Below, piece by piece: positions 1 through 7,810 of a DNA stretch of 46,284 nucleotides (the stretch's first letter is position 1; every line of letters starts with the position of its first letter). The translations under genes and the position numbers were made by a program. The stretch is from Comamonadaceae bacterium (GTDB lineage: Bacteria > Pseudomonadota > Gammaproteobacteria > Burkholderiales > Burkholderiaceae_C), in the NCBI GenBank assembly GCA_030528705.1, contig JAUMYI010000001.1:1-46284 (forward strand). The letters run 5' to 3'. Below the pieces are notes generated by a model. The model did no database searches. It worked only from the letters and a program-made list of their open reading frames with translations, and had not been told where the DNA came from.

Positions 1-1
1 C

Positions 2-214
2 ATTGCCGGCATCGCCCTGCTGGGCAGCATCGGCAGCGGCCTGGCCCAGGCCATGACCGACGAAAGCCAGCGCGAAGCGGCGCTGATTTCCTTTCTGGTC
101 ACGCTCTCGGGCGTGAGCATCGCCGGCATTGGCTCGGCCTTCTGGGGGGTCGTGGCCGGCGCTGCCGCCTTGCTGATCCAGCGCTGGCGCGCAGCGCCCC
201 CATCGCAGCCGTGA
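2..214 (+). CDS. benE: BenE-family benzoate/H+ symporter, 3' end only (partial)
   Basis: Manual translation of frame 2 gives IAGIALLGSIGSGLAQAMTDESQREAALISFLVTLSGVSIAGIGSAFWGVVAG...*, matching the BenE C-terminal pattern (REAALITFLVT, GIGSAFWG). Stop TGA at 212-214. Confidence 0.8.
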   Translation: MAGIALLGSIGSGLAQAMTDESQREAALISFLVTLSGVSIAGIGSAFWGVVAGAAALLIQRWRAAPPSQP

Positions 215-244
215 ACACGCTCTAACTTAAGGAGAATCGCCACC

Positions 245-649
245 ATGGAGCATCCCACCCCCGAAAGCCAGCAATTGCTGCTGGCGCTTTGTCAGGCCCT
301 GCGGCAAGACCCGGGCCTGATCGCGCCGGGCGCGGCCTGGCACAAGCTGATCGTGGTCGGCGTGCAGGGCAAGGGCCACAGCCGCATGTACGGCTACCGC
401 TTTGACGCCCAGGGCGAGGACGAGGCCGTCTCCCCCGACGACGGGCACGCGCAAGACGCCTTGCGGCATTTGCAGCAGGCCATGCAGGCCGAGCACCCCG
501 CAGGCCGCGCCTGGCTGGCCTGCCTGGTGCGGCTGGGCAGCGACGGGCGCTTTGGCGTGGATTTCGAATACGACAACGCGCAGCGCTGGGCCGTGACGCC
601 AGCCAACTACCAGCAGCGCGTGCAAGAGTTTGCACAAATGCCTGTGTGA
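245..649 (+). CDS. Hypothetical protein, DUF600/YezG (BH3703-like) immunity-protein-like
   Basis: Strong SD AAGGAG just upstream and host-like codon usage. The pattern W..L......(L..L...M).....W......G.F..DFEYD resembles DUF600-type proteins. Family call is tentative. Confidence 0.7.
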   Translation: MEHPTPESQQLLLALCQALRQDPGLIAPGAAWHKLIVVGVQGKGHSRMYGYRFDAQGEDEAVSPDDGHAQDALRHLQQAMQAEHPAGRAWLACLVRLGSDGRFGVDFEYDNAQRWAVTPANYQQRVQEFAQMPV

Positions 650-1041
650 GAGCCTGCGCGCCCAATCCCAGCCATGCGCCCGGCGCATGGCCCAGAAGGG
701 TTAGCGTCAAGTTTGAACCTCTCATGAAGTTGGTATCAAAAACCACCTCCGGGAACGCGCAGCCCTGCCCTGTCGAACAGGCACTGGGCAATTTGGCAAA
801 AGCCACTTTTTGCCGGCATTGGATGGCAACAACGCCGATTCTGGCGACAACGCGGCGCAAAACTCCAAAACGCCGTGGCTGGAGCGGCATGTCTGCGGCC
901 GCTCTTGATCCAGGCGCTCGCTCACATCCCCCATCTAGAAAAGCCCTGCGCAAGCCACGGGGGCTTTGCCGGGTCTGTAGACTGCCGCCTGTCCGAAAGT
1001 CCGAGAGACTGTCCTATACCCATTCGCTCAGGAGTCACACC

Positions 1042-1716
1042 ATGAAACTTATCCAAACTGCTGTTGCCGCCTCGCTGGCTTGCCTGTCGCTGTCGGCCAT
1101 GGCCAGCGGCCATTCCGTCACCTATTCGTGCGAGGGCGGCAAGCAAGTGCAAGTGCGCTACCAGTTCAACAAGGCCGGCATCCCCACCCGCGCCGAAGCC
1201 CACATTCAGGGCGCCAAGCGGGTCATGGCCTATGACATGAACCGTTCGGACAACGTGGACACCTTCTTCACCAACAAGTCCGGCTATCGCCTCTCCTCCG
1301 ATTACATGGACTCCAAAAGCTACCGCAAGAACAGCATCATGATCATCTCGCCCAATGACGAGATCCTGTTCAAGAGCTGCACGCCCCAATCGGGCGCCTC
1401 CAGGGCTTCCGGGCGGAATGCAGGCCACTCAAGCGGCTCCCAGCAAGTGGCCTACACCTGCAATAACGGCCGTCTTTCGGTGGCCTACCAATTCAACTCC
1501 GCCGGCATTCCCGTCAGTGCAACGGCGCAACTGCAAGGCAAACGCCGCACGTTGAATTACGACATGAACGACTCCAGCGACGTGGAGACCTTTTTCTCGG
1601 CCCAGGGCTACCGCCTGGCCACCGACGGCATGACGCGTGAGAACTTCCAGTCGCTGCCCATCATGGTCACAGCCCCTGGCAACAAGATCCTGCACAAGTC
1701 CTGCACGCCGAACTAA
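1042..1716 (+). CDS. Secreted protein with two tandem ACP (Neisseria adhesin complex protein / lysozyme inhibitor)-like domains
   Basis: ATG 1042 with SD CAGGAG; signal peptide MKLIQTAVAASLACLSLSAMA. Two repeats of V.Y.C...V.YQFN.AGIP...D...SD.V.TFF...GY.L....M....Y....IM...P...IL.KSC.P, each with a Cys pair. Confidence 0.85.
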   Translation: MKLIQTAVAASLACLSLSAMASGHSVTYSCEGGKQVQVRYQFNKAGIPTRAEAHIQGAKRVMAYDMNRSDNVDTFFTNKSGYRLSSDYMDSKSYRKNSIMIISPNDEILFKSCTPQSGASRASGRNAGHSSGSQQVAYTCNNGRLSVAYQFNSAGIPVSATAQLQGKRRTLNYDMNDSSDVETFFSAQGYRLATDGMTRENFQSLPIMVTAPGNKILHKSCTPN

Positions 1717-1780
1717 GCGCCTGAAGTCTTTGCACGACAGCCCATGCCCAGCGCCCTGGCGTGACGGCATGGGCCTGCAG

Positions 1781-1830
1781 GCAGAAAAAAACACCAAGAG
1801 GCCCCATCGGCCCTTGGTGTTTTTTTCTGC
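1781..1830. terminator. Bidirectional intrinsic terminator between convergent genes
   Basis: Perfect 18-bp inverted repeat GCAGAAAAAAACACCAAG / CTTGGTGTTTTTTTCTGC with A/T tracts on both arms. Confidence 0.8.
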
Positions 1831-1889
1831 GCCGGGCACCGTGGCCTTGCCGCAGCCCATGGCCCAATGGCGTGTTTTTTGCCAAGGCC

Positions 1890-3332
1890 CTATTGCAGCA
1901 ACTGCTCAATGCCCCGCAAGTCGAACGGATGGCCGTTGATGCTGGAGTGGCCGCCTTGGTACTGCAAGACCGTGCGGATTTGGCCAGCCTCTTGCTGCAC
2001 CAGGCCTTGCTGCACGAGCAGCTCCAGGTTTTCCTGCCCCTGCCAGTGCAGTGCCAGCGGCTGGGCAATCTCCACTTGCACGCGGGCATGGAGCTTGGCC
2101 ATCAGGCTGTGCGGCAAAAAACCCAGGTCGATGGCATGCAGCTGCGGTGCGCTGGCCTGGCCACTCAGCGCCCACTGCCCTTGGGGCCGCTGCCCCGCAA
2201 GGCGCTCCACGGTCAAGCGCAGGCCCTGCGCCAATAGGGCGGCCAGGCGCTCGCGCACCTGGCCTTGCTCGGCCAGCGGCAACTGCTCCCAGGCCGTCGA
2301 GGCCCCCATTTGCGCCAATAGCCAGCGCCAGCCCCAGGGGCCCAAGGCCTCGTAGCTTGGCAAATGCAGCTGCTCCACGGCCGCCTTGAACTCCAGCGCG
2401 CTCAATGTCGGCTGGCTGGCTGGCTGGCCGCCCTGCGCTTGCGGCCCATAGCCGGGCAGATGCAGCTGCTGCAATTGCAGATGCAGCGGCAGGCGCAACC
2501 ATTGTTTGTCTTGAGCCTGAATGTCAAACGCCAGCGCCAGACCCTGCAATTGCCAGCCGCCTGCCTGCGCGCCCTGCGCACCGGCCTGCTGCCACTGCCC
2601 CAGGCTGTAGCGGCTCTGGCCCAGGTAGCTGTGCTGCAAGCCCGCAGGCCGGTGGTAATCGTCGCGCCCATGCAGTTGCTCGATGTGCAGCAGCTGCACG
2701 CCCTGCGCATTGCGCAGCGTCATGCCGCCCCATTGCAGGGCGCTGCGCAGGCTGCGCCTATCAGGGCCGAGCTCGCCCTCCCAGTGCAGGGGCTGCATGT
2801 GCAGTGTTTGCGCGGCGCCCTGGGAGTCCTCCCAGGGGCGCTGCCAGGCTGGGCCGGCCAGCTGCCAGTGCACGCTGCCGCGGTAGCCCAGCACGGCATT
2901 GAGCACGTAGGGCGGCGTCTCGCCCAGGCTGGGGCGCAATGCGGCCTGCGCCGCGGCGCTGAGCACCGGCGTGCTGCGCACGGCCACCCAGCCCCGCTGC
3001 GGCGCGGCCCACAGCGGCAAATGGCGGATGCGGTGCTCCAGCACAATGGTTTCGCCGCGCAGGCCCAGCCCATAGCGCCCCGGCGCGCCGCCCGCCGCTG
3101 GGGCCGCGCCCTGCTCCGGCGGCGCGATGCGCACGACGCTGCGCGCGCTGGAATGGAACCAGCCGCGCTGGTACTGGGTCAACTGCGCCGACACCCCCAG
3201 CGCGGCGCTGAGCGCAGCATGGGCCTGCTGCACCTGCTGCTGCGTCTGCAGGCCCACATACCAGGCTGCGGCGCTGTAACCCAGCCCCAGCAGCGCAGCC
3301 AGCAGCACTGCCCCCACCATCTTCTTGCGCAT
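1890..3332 (-). CDS. YdgA/DUF945-family protein
   Basis: Start MRKKMVGAVLLAALLGLG (N-terminal anchor), AAWYVG, YQRGWFHSSA, I.LEHRIRHLP, C-terminal INGHPF. Confidence 0.8.
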   Translation of the reverse strand: MRKKMVGAVLLAALLGLGYSAAAWYVGLQTQQQVQQAHAALSAALGVSAQLTQYQRGWFHSSARSVVRIAPPEQGAAPAAGGAPGRYGLGLRGETIVLEHRIRHLPLWAAPQRGWVAVRSTPVLSAAAQAALRPSLGETPPYVLNAVLGYRGSVHWQLAGPAWQRPWEDSQGAAQTLHMQPLHWEGELGPDRRSLRSALQWGGMTLRNAQGVQLLHIEQLHGRDDYHRPAGLQHSYLGQSRYSLGQWQQAGAQGAQAGGWQLQGLALAFDIQAQDKQWLRLPLHLQLQQLHLPGYGPQAQGGQPASQPTLSALEFKAAVEQLHLPSYEALGPWGWRWLLAQMGASTAWEQLPLAEQGQVRERLAALLAQGLRLTVERLAGQRPQGQWALSGQASAPQLHAIDLGFLPHSLMAKLHARVQVEIAQPLALHWQGQENLELLVQQGLVQQEAGQIRTVLQYQGGHSSINGHPFDLRGIEQLLQ

Positions 3333-3491
3333 AGGCTTGCCATTCCTCCATGTTTTTTCCGTGCGCGGCATTGTTTCACAGGCTTTGCCTGGCCAGCGCC
3401 ACAGCGCCCGCTATAGTGCCGGCTTTGCCGTCAGCAGCGCACGCACCGGCCAACACGCCCGCGTGGCAGCGCCCACCTTCCAAGGAGTTCC

Positions 3492-4145
3492 ATGTTCACC
3501 GGCATCATCACCGCCATTGGCCAAATCCAGCACGTCGAGGACCTGGGCAGCAGTCAGGCCCACGGCAAGCGCCTGAGCATCGCCTGCCCGCCGGGCTATC
3601 TGGATGACGTGGCGCTGGGCGACAGCATTGCCCTGAATGGCGCCTGCATGACGGTGACGGCGCTGGCGCTGGATGCACAGGCTTTCGTGGTCGAGGTTTC
3701 GGCAGAATCGCTGCGCCTGACCACGGGCCTGGATCAGCCCGGCGAGGTCAATCTCGAAAAGGCCTTGCGCGCGGCCGACCGCCTGGGCGGGCACGTCGTC
3801 AGCGGCCATGTGGACGGAATCGGCACCGTCAGCGCCCTAAGCCCGGTGGGCGAGAGCCATGAGCTGCGCATCATCGCGCCCAAACAACTGATGCCCTACC
3901 TGGCCGTCAAGGGCTCCATCACCGTGCAAGGCGTCAGCCTCACGCTCAACAGCGTGCGCGACCTGCCGCAGGGGCAGCAGGGCTGCGAGTTCAGCATCAA
4001 TCTGATCGCCCACACCATGGCCCACACCACCCTCGGGCAGCTGCGCCCGGGCAGCGCCGTGAACCTGGAAGTGGACCTCATTGCCCGCTACGTGGCCCGC
4101 ATGCTGCAAACGGGCTGCGCCCTGCCTGCCAGCCTGCCTTGCTGA
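3492..4145 (+). CDS. ribE: Riboflavin synthase
   Basis: MFTGII N-terminus, GDSIALNGACMTV, VNLEKAL, GGHVVSGHVDG, VNLEVDLIARY; SD AAGGAG. Confidence 0.97.
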   Translation: MFTGIITAIGQIQHVEDLGSSQAHGKRLSIACPPGYLDDVALGDSIALNGACMTVTALALDAQAFVVEVSAESLRLTTGLDQPGEVNLEKALRAADRLGGHVVSGHVDGIGTVSALSPVGESHELRIIAPKQLMPYLAVKGSITVQGVSLTLNSVRDLPQGQQGCEFSINLIAHTMAHTTLGQLRPGSAVNLEVDLIARYVARMLQTGCALPASLPC

Positions 4146-4161
4146 GCGATCGCTGGCCCAA

Positions 4162-4200
4162 CAAAAAGCCTGCTGGCATCACTGCACAGCAGGCTTTTTG
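4162..4200. terminator. Bidirectional intrinsic terminator (ribE / rplY)
   Basis: 14-bp perfect inverted repeat CAAAAAGCCTGCTG / CAGCAGGCTTTTTG between convergent genes. Confidence 0.8.
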
Positions 4201-4267
4201 GTAAGCCGCCCCCCGCATGTGCGGGCAGGGCTGCTTCGGGTTTTGCGCATTTGCGCAGGGCTTGCAA

Positions 4268-4882
4268 TCAGGCCGCAGAGTCCGCACCGCCTTCGGCAGC
4301 GGGGGCGTCCTCTTCCACGGCTGGAGCGGGCGTGGCCGTGGCCAGCACGGGGTTGATGGCGGCCAGGCGCTTGACGGCGCTGACGCCACGGGGCAGCTTG
4401 ATGTCGCGCAGACGCAGCACGCCGTTCTTGCCCAGCTTGCTCAGATTCACCAGGATGAATTCCGGCAGATCGGAAGGCATGCAGCTCACGTCGATTTCCG
4501 TCGTGACGGTGCTCACCACCTGGCCTTCGACCTTGACGGCCGGGGACTCTTCAGCGCCTTCGTAGTGCACGGGCACTTTCATGTGCAGGCGGGTGCGTGC
4601 GTTGACGCGCTGGAAATCCACGTGCAGCACAAGCTGCTTGTAGGGGTGGTATTGCACGTCGCGCAGCAGGACTTTCTCGGTCTTGCCATCCAGTTCCAGA
4701 TCCAGCACGCTGGAGTGGAATGCCTCTTTCTGCAGCGCAAACCACAGCGGGTTGTGCTCCAGCTCAATCATCGTCGGCTCTTGATCGCCGCCGTAGATGA
4801 TGCCGGGCGTACGGCCCGAATGACGCAGGCGGCGGCTCGCACCCGTGCCCTGCTTTTCGCGTGTAAATGCAACTACTTGCAT
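4268..4882 (-). CDS. rplY: 50S ribosomal protein L25 / general stress protein Ctc
   Basis: MQVVAFTREKQGTGASRRLR, PGIIYGG, VLLRDVQYHP, HVDFQRV; SD AGGAG. Confidence 0.97.
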   Translation of the reverse strand: MQVVAFTREKQGTGASRRLRHSGRTPGIIYGGDQEPTMIELEHNPLWFALQKEAFHSSVLDLELDGKTEKVLLRDVQYHPYKQLVLHVDFQRVNARTRLHMKVPVHYEGAEESPAVKVEGQVVSTVTTEIDVSCMPSDLPEFILVNLSKLGKNGVLRLRDIKLPRGVSAVKRLAAINPVLATATPAPAVEEDAPAAEGGADSAA

Positions 4883-4894
4883 GTTTTCTCCTGA

Positions 4895-4925
4895 TAAGGG
4901 CAGGCCGCGACCAACTCTGCCCCGG
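4895..4925 (-). promoter_or_regulatory. Putative L25 leader hairpin
   Basis: On the minus strand, GGGCAG-AGTTGGTCGCGGC-CTGCCC forms a hairpin just upstream of the SD. The GGTCGC(GG) loop motif is recalled from proteobacterial rplY leaders. Confidence 0.5.
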
Positions 4926-5047
4926 TTTGAGAGGCTGCCCGCCTGGCACTGTGGCCCGCAAGCAGCCTCGAACAACGCATGGCCAGCACGGCCATGCACG
5001 AAAAACTCTGGTTGAGGCCCTGCTGCTGGGCCCACAACCTGCGGTAT

Positions 5048-6025
5048 TCAGAACAGCCCGCCTTGCTCCTTGAACAGGCTCATCACCGAATCGCCACGGG
5101 CAATGCGTTGAATGGTTTCGGCAATCAGCGGCGCCACCGTGAGCTGGCGAATCTTGCTGCAAGCGCGCGCCTGCTCGCTCAAGGGAATGGTGTTGGTGAC
5201 CACCACCTCATCGAGCGCCGAGCCCGCGGCAATGCGCTCAATGGCCGGGCCCGAGAAAATCGGGTGCGTGCAATAGGCATGCACGCTCTTGGCGCCACGC
5301 TCTTTGAGCACTTCAGCGGCTTTGACCAGCGTGCCGGCGGTGTCGATCATGTCGTCCATCACGACGCAGTTGCGGCCTTCGATTTCGCCAATGACGTTCA
5401 TGACTTCGCTGACGTTGGCCTTGGGGCGGCGCTTGTCGATGATGGCCAGCTCGCAGCCCAGCTCTTTGGCCAAGGCGCGCGCGCGCACCACGCCCCCCAC
5501 GTCGGGCGAGACCACGATCAAATCCTCATAGCGTTTTTTGTTCAGGTCACTCAGCAGCACCGGCGAGGCGTAGATGTTGTCCACCGGGATGTCGAAAAAA
5601 CCCTGAATTTGGTCGGCGTGCAGGTCCATGGTCAACACGCGCGCCACGCCCACGGTCTGCAGCAGGTTGGCCACCACTTTGGCCGAGATCGGCACGCGGG
5701 TCGAACGCGGCCGGCGATCCTGGCGGGCATAGCCGAAATAGGGGATGACGGCGCTGATGCGCTCGGCCGAGGCGCGCTTGAGCGCATCCACCATGATCAG
5801 CAACTCCATCAGGCTGTCGTTGGTCGGCGCACAGGTGGGCTGCACCACGAACACATCGCGCGCGCGCACGTTCTGCCGAATCTCCACCGTCACCTCCCCG
5901 TCGGAGAAACGCCCCACGTGCGCTGCGCCCAGCGATGCGCCCAGGTGCTCGGCAATCTCTTTGGCCAGCGCGGGGTTGGCGTTGCCGGTAAACAGCATGA
6001 AGTCGGAGTGGTGGGAAACGCTCAT
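5048..6025 (-). CDS. prs: Ribose-phosphate pyrophosphokinase
   Basis: [56 protein letters not shown]. Confidence 0.98.
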   Translation of the reverse strand: MSVSHHSDFMLFTGNANPALAKEIAEHLGASLGAAHVGRFSDGEVTVEIRQNVRARDVFVVQPTCAPTNDSLMELLIMVDALKRASAERISAVIPYFGYARQDRRPRSTRVPISAKVVANLLQTVGVARVLTMDLHADQIQGFFDIPVDNIYASPVLLSDLNKKRYEDLIVVSPDVGGVVRARALAKELGCELAIIDKRRPKANVSEVMNVIGEIEGRNCVVMDDMIDTAGTLVKAAEVLKERGAKSVHAYCTHPIFSGPAIERIAAGSALDEVVVTNTIPLSEQARACSKIRQLTVAPLIAETIQRIARGDSVMSLFKEQGGLF

Positions 6026-6191
6026 AAGGCCGCCGCAATACTCAGCTTGGGGAAAGAGACGAAGCTTTTTCAGTCCGGGCCGGTGCCGGCTGCCAGCCAG
6101 CGCCCCATCGTCAGAAGAAGGCCATCAGCGCACTGGCGGCACAGCCGCACTGCACGAGGCCAACGCCCAAAACCCAAAGATCTGCAACTCT

Positions 6192-6217
6192 AAAACAAAA
6201 CGCCGCAAATGCGGCGT
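6192..6217 (-). terminator. Putative intrinsic terminator downstream of tRNA-Gln
   Basis: ACGCCGCA-AA-TGCGGCGT hairpin, followed on the minus strand by a T-rich tail. Confidence 0.55.
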
Positions 6218-6244
6218 CATCCATCAGATCAAGCAATCAAACGA

Positions 6245-6321
6245 TGGCAGGGGAGGAAGGATTCGAACCCTCGAATGCCGGAATCAAAATCCGGTGCCTT
6301 AACCAACTTGGCGACTCCCCT
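6245..6321 (-). tRNA. tRNA-Gln (TTG)
   Basis: Reverse complement AGGGGAG...CCGGA-TTTTGAT-TCCGG...GGTTCGAATCC...CTCCCCT-G-CCA: cloverleaf, encoded CCA, canonical position between ispE and prs. Confidence 0.97.
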
Positions 6322-6357
6322 GCAACTGCCCGCGCACGACAGTACACAGACAAAAAA

Positions 6358-7287
6358 CTATGCAGCGCAGATCCAATCACTCAACGGATGGCTTTGCAAT
6401 GTATTGCAAAGCCTGACCATCCAAGCGGAAGATGCGCTTTGCGCTGCTGCAAGCACGTTGAGCAAATGCTCCTGGCTGCAATCCTGCGGCACTCTTGCGA
6501 ATACTGCAGAACCAGAGCCCGTCATTCTAGCCTGAAATCCTTGCCCTGAAAGCCAATCAATGGCTTTTTTTATTTCAGGGCAAAGAATCTGCGCCACGGG
6601 CTGCAGGTCATTGCGGCCAAATCCAAAAGGATCAGCACTGAAGCGTGAGATTGTAGCACGCTCGCTGCCCCTTTGAAGCGCCGGATGCGAAAAAATTGCC
6701 GCCGTGGCCACGCCGGCGGCAGGCTTGATGACGATGAAGCGCGACGGCGGCAAAGCACTCTCACCCTGCAGGGGCGTGAGCCGCTCGCCAATGCCTTCAA
6801 CCCAGGCATTGGCGCCGCCTAGAAAAAACGGCACATCGGCGCCCAACTGCAGGCCGATGCGTTGCAACCGCTGCACGGGCCAGTGCAAGCCCCACAGGCG
6901 GTTCAGCGCCAGCAAGGCGCTGGCCGCATCGGACGAGCCCCCACCCATGCCAGCTTGCGCCGGGATGTGCTTTTCCACCCGGATGTGCACGCCACGGCGC
7001 TCGCCAGCGGCCTGCTGCAGGGCTGCGGCGGCACGCACGATCAAGTCGTGCTCTGGCAAGGCCTGGCTCAGATCCTCACGGCTGATGCGCGGGCTTTCAG
7101 GGCGCAGCGCAAAGCCCAGCCAATCGCACCAGTCGATGAGCACGAACGCCGATTGCAGCAAGTGGTAGCCATCCTCGCGGCGGCCCAGAATGTGCAGAAA
7201 CAAGTTGAGCTTGGCTGGCGCAGGCACCCGCAGAAATTCTTCCGCAATCGCCAACGGCGCGGGCGAATCACAGGCTGTCATCGGCAT
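6358..7287 (-). CDS. ispE: 4-diphosphocytidyl-2-C-methyl-D-erythritol kinase
   Basis: PAPAKLNLFL, DGYHLLQS, IPAQAGMGGGSSDAA, GADVPFF, MTGSGSAVF. Confidence 0.97.
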   Translation of the reverse strand: MPMTACDSPAPLAIAEEFLRVPAPAKLNLFLHILGRREDGYHLLQSAFVLIDWCDWLGFALRPESPRISREDLSQALPEHDLIVRAAAALQQAAGERRGVHIRVEKHIPAQAGMGGGSSDAASALLALNRLWGLHWPVQRLQRIGLQLGADVPFFLGGANAWVEGIGERLTPLQGESALPPSRFIVIKPAAGVATAAIFSHPALQRGSERATISRFSADPFGFGRNDLQPVAQILCPEIKKAIDWLSGQGFQARMTGSGSAVFARVPQDCSQEHLLNVLAAAQSASSAWMVRLCNTLQSHPLSDWICAA

Positions 7288-7810
7288 GCAAAATTACCCG
7301 CAGGCTCGCCCGCGGCAGTGGCTGTTCGCGCAGCGCGTGAATGCGCCCTTGCCCGTAGCGCGACAGATCGACCTGCCAGCCCGGCTCTTGCCTGGCCTGG
7401 CCCGAGAGCCAGTCAAACAGCGCCGCAATAGGGATGGGCGCGCCGAACACTTGCGCCACCAGCGCATCGAGCGACTCGCCAGCGATTTGCTCCGAGCCCT
7501 TGTCCAGCAGGGCCTGCTGCGGGCTCCAGCGCAAGCGCGCAATGATGTTGCCCAGCGGGTTGTAGACCTCCAGCTCGCCTTGCTGCGGACTGCCGCGCAA
7601 GCTGAATTCGGCGTTGAAGGACTGCGCCCGCTCCTCCTCGGTGTTCAGGGCGATGCGCCCACGCCAGACGCCCTGGCGCAGCACGTAGGGGCGCGGCGCG
7701 GCGCAGGCTGCCAACAGGCCGGCCGATGCCAGCGCCGCCAGCCATGTGCGCCTGGTGGCATGCGTCGCCACTGGATGGGCTGCGCGCATATCGCAATGGC
7801 CTCTCGTCAT
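7268..7810 (-). CDS. lolB: Outer-membrane lipoprotein insertase LolB
   Basis: Lipobox LLAAC, WRGRIAL, G.L....PLG, PIAALFDWL.G, GWQVD; position between the TPR gene and ispE; ATGA overlap with the TPR stop. Confidence 0.9.
   Translation of the reverse strand: MTRGHCDMRAAHPVATHATRRTWLAALASAGLLAACAAPRPYVLRQGVWRGRIALNTEEERAQSFNAEFSLRGSPQQGELEVYNPLGNIIARLRWSPQQALLDKGSEQIAGESLDALVAQVFGAPIPIAALFDWLSGQARQEPGWQVDLSRYGQGRIHALREQPLPRASLRVILHADDSL

Noticed and set aside
715-740. GAACCT-N15-TCAAA as a sigma-E promoter for the ACP gene
   Set aside because: Spacer is short relative to the consensus and the site is about 300 bp from the start; too weak to call.
646-1041. 132-aa N-terminal extension of the ACP-like ORF
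   Set aside because: The SD and signal peptide begin at ATG 1042; the upstream translation looks non-coding.
6358-6700. AT-richer 3' end of ispE as foreign DNA or a tRNA integration site
   Set aside because: The ORF is continuous with conserved IspE motifs. The composition is better explained by the embedded tRNA-Gln promoter, and no att duplication or integrase is seen.
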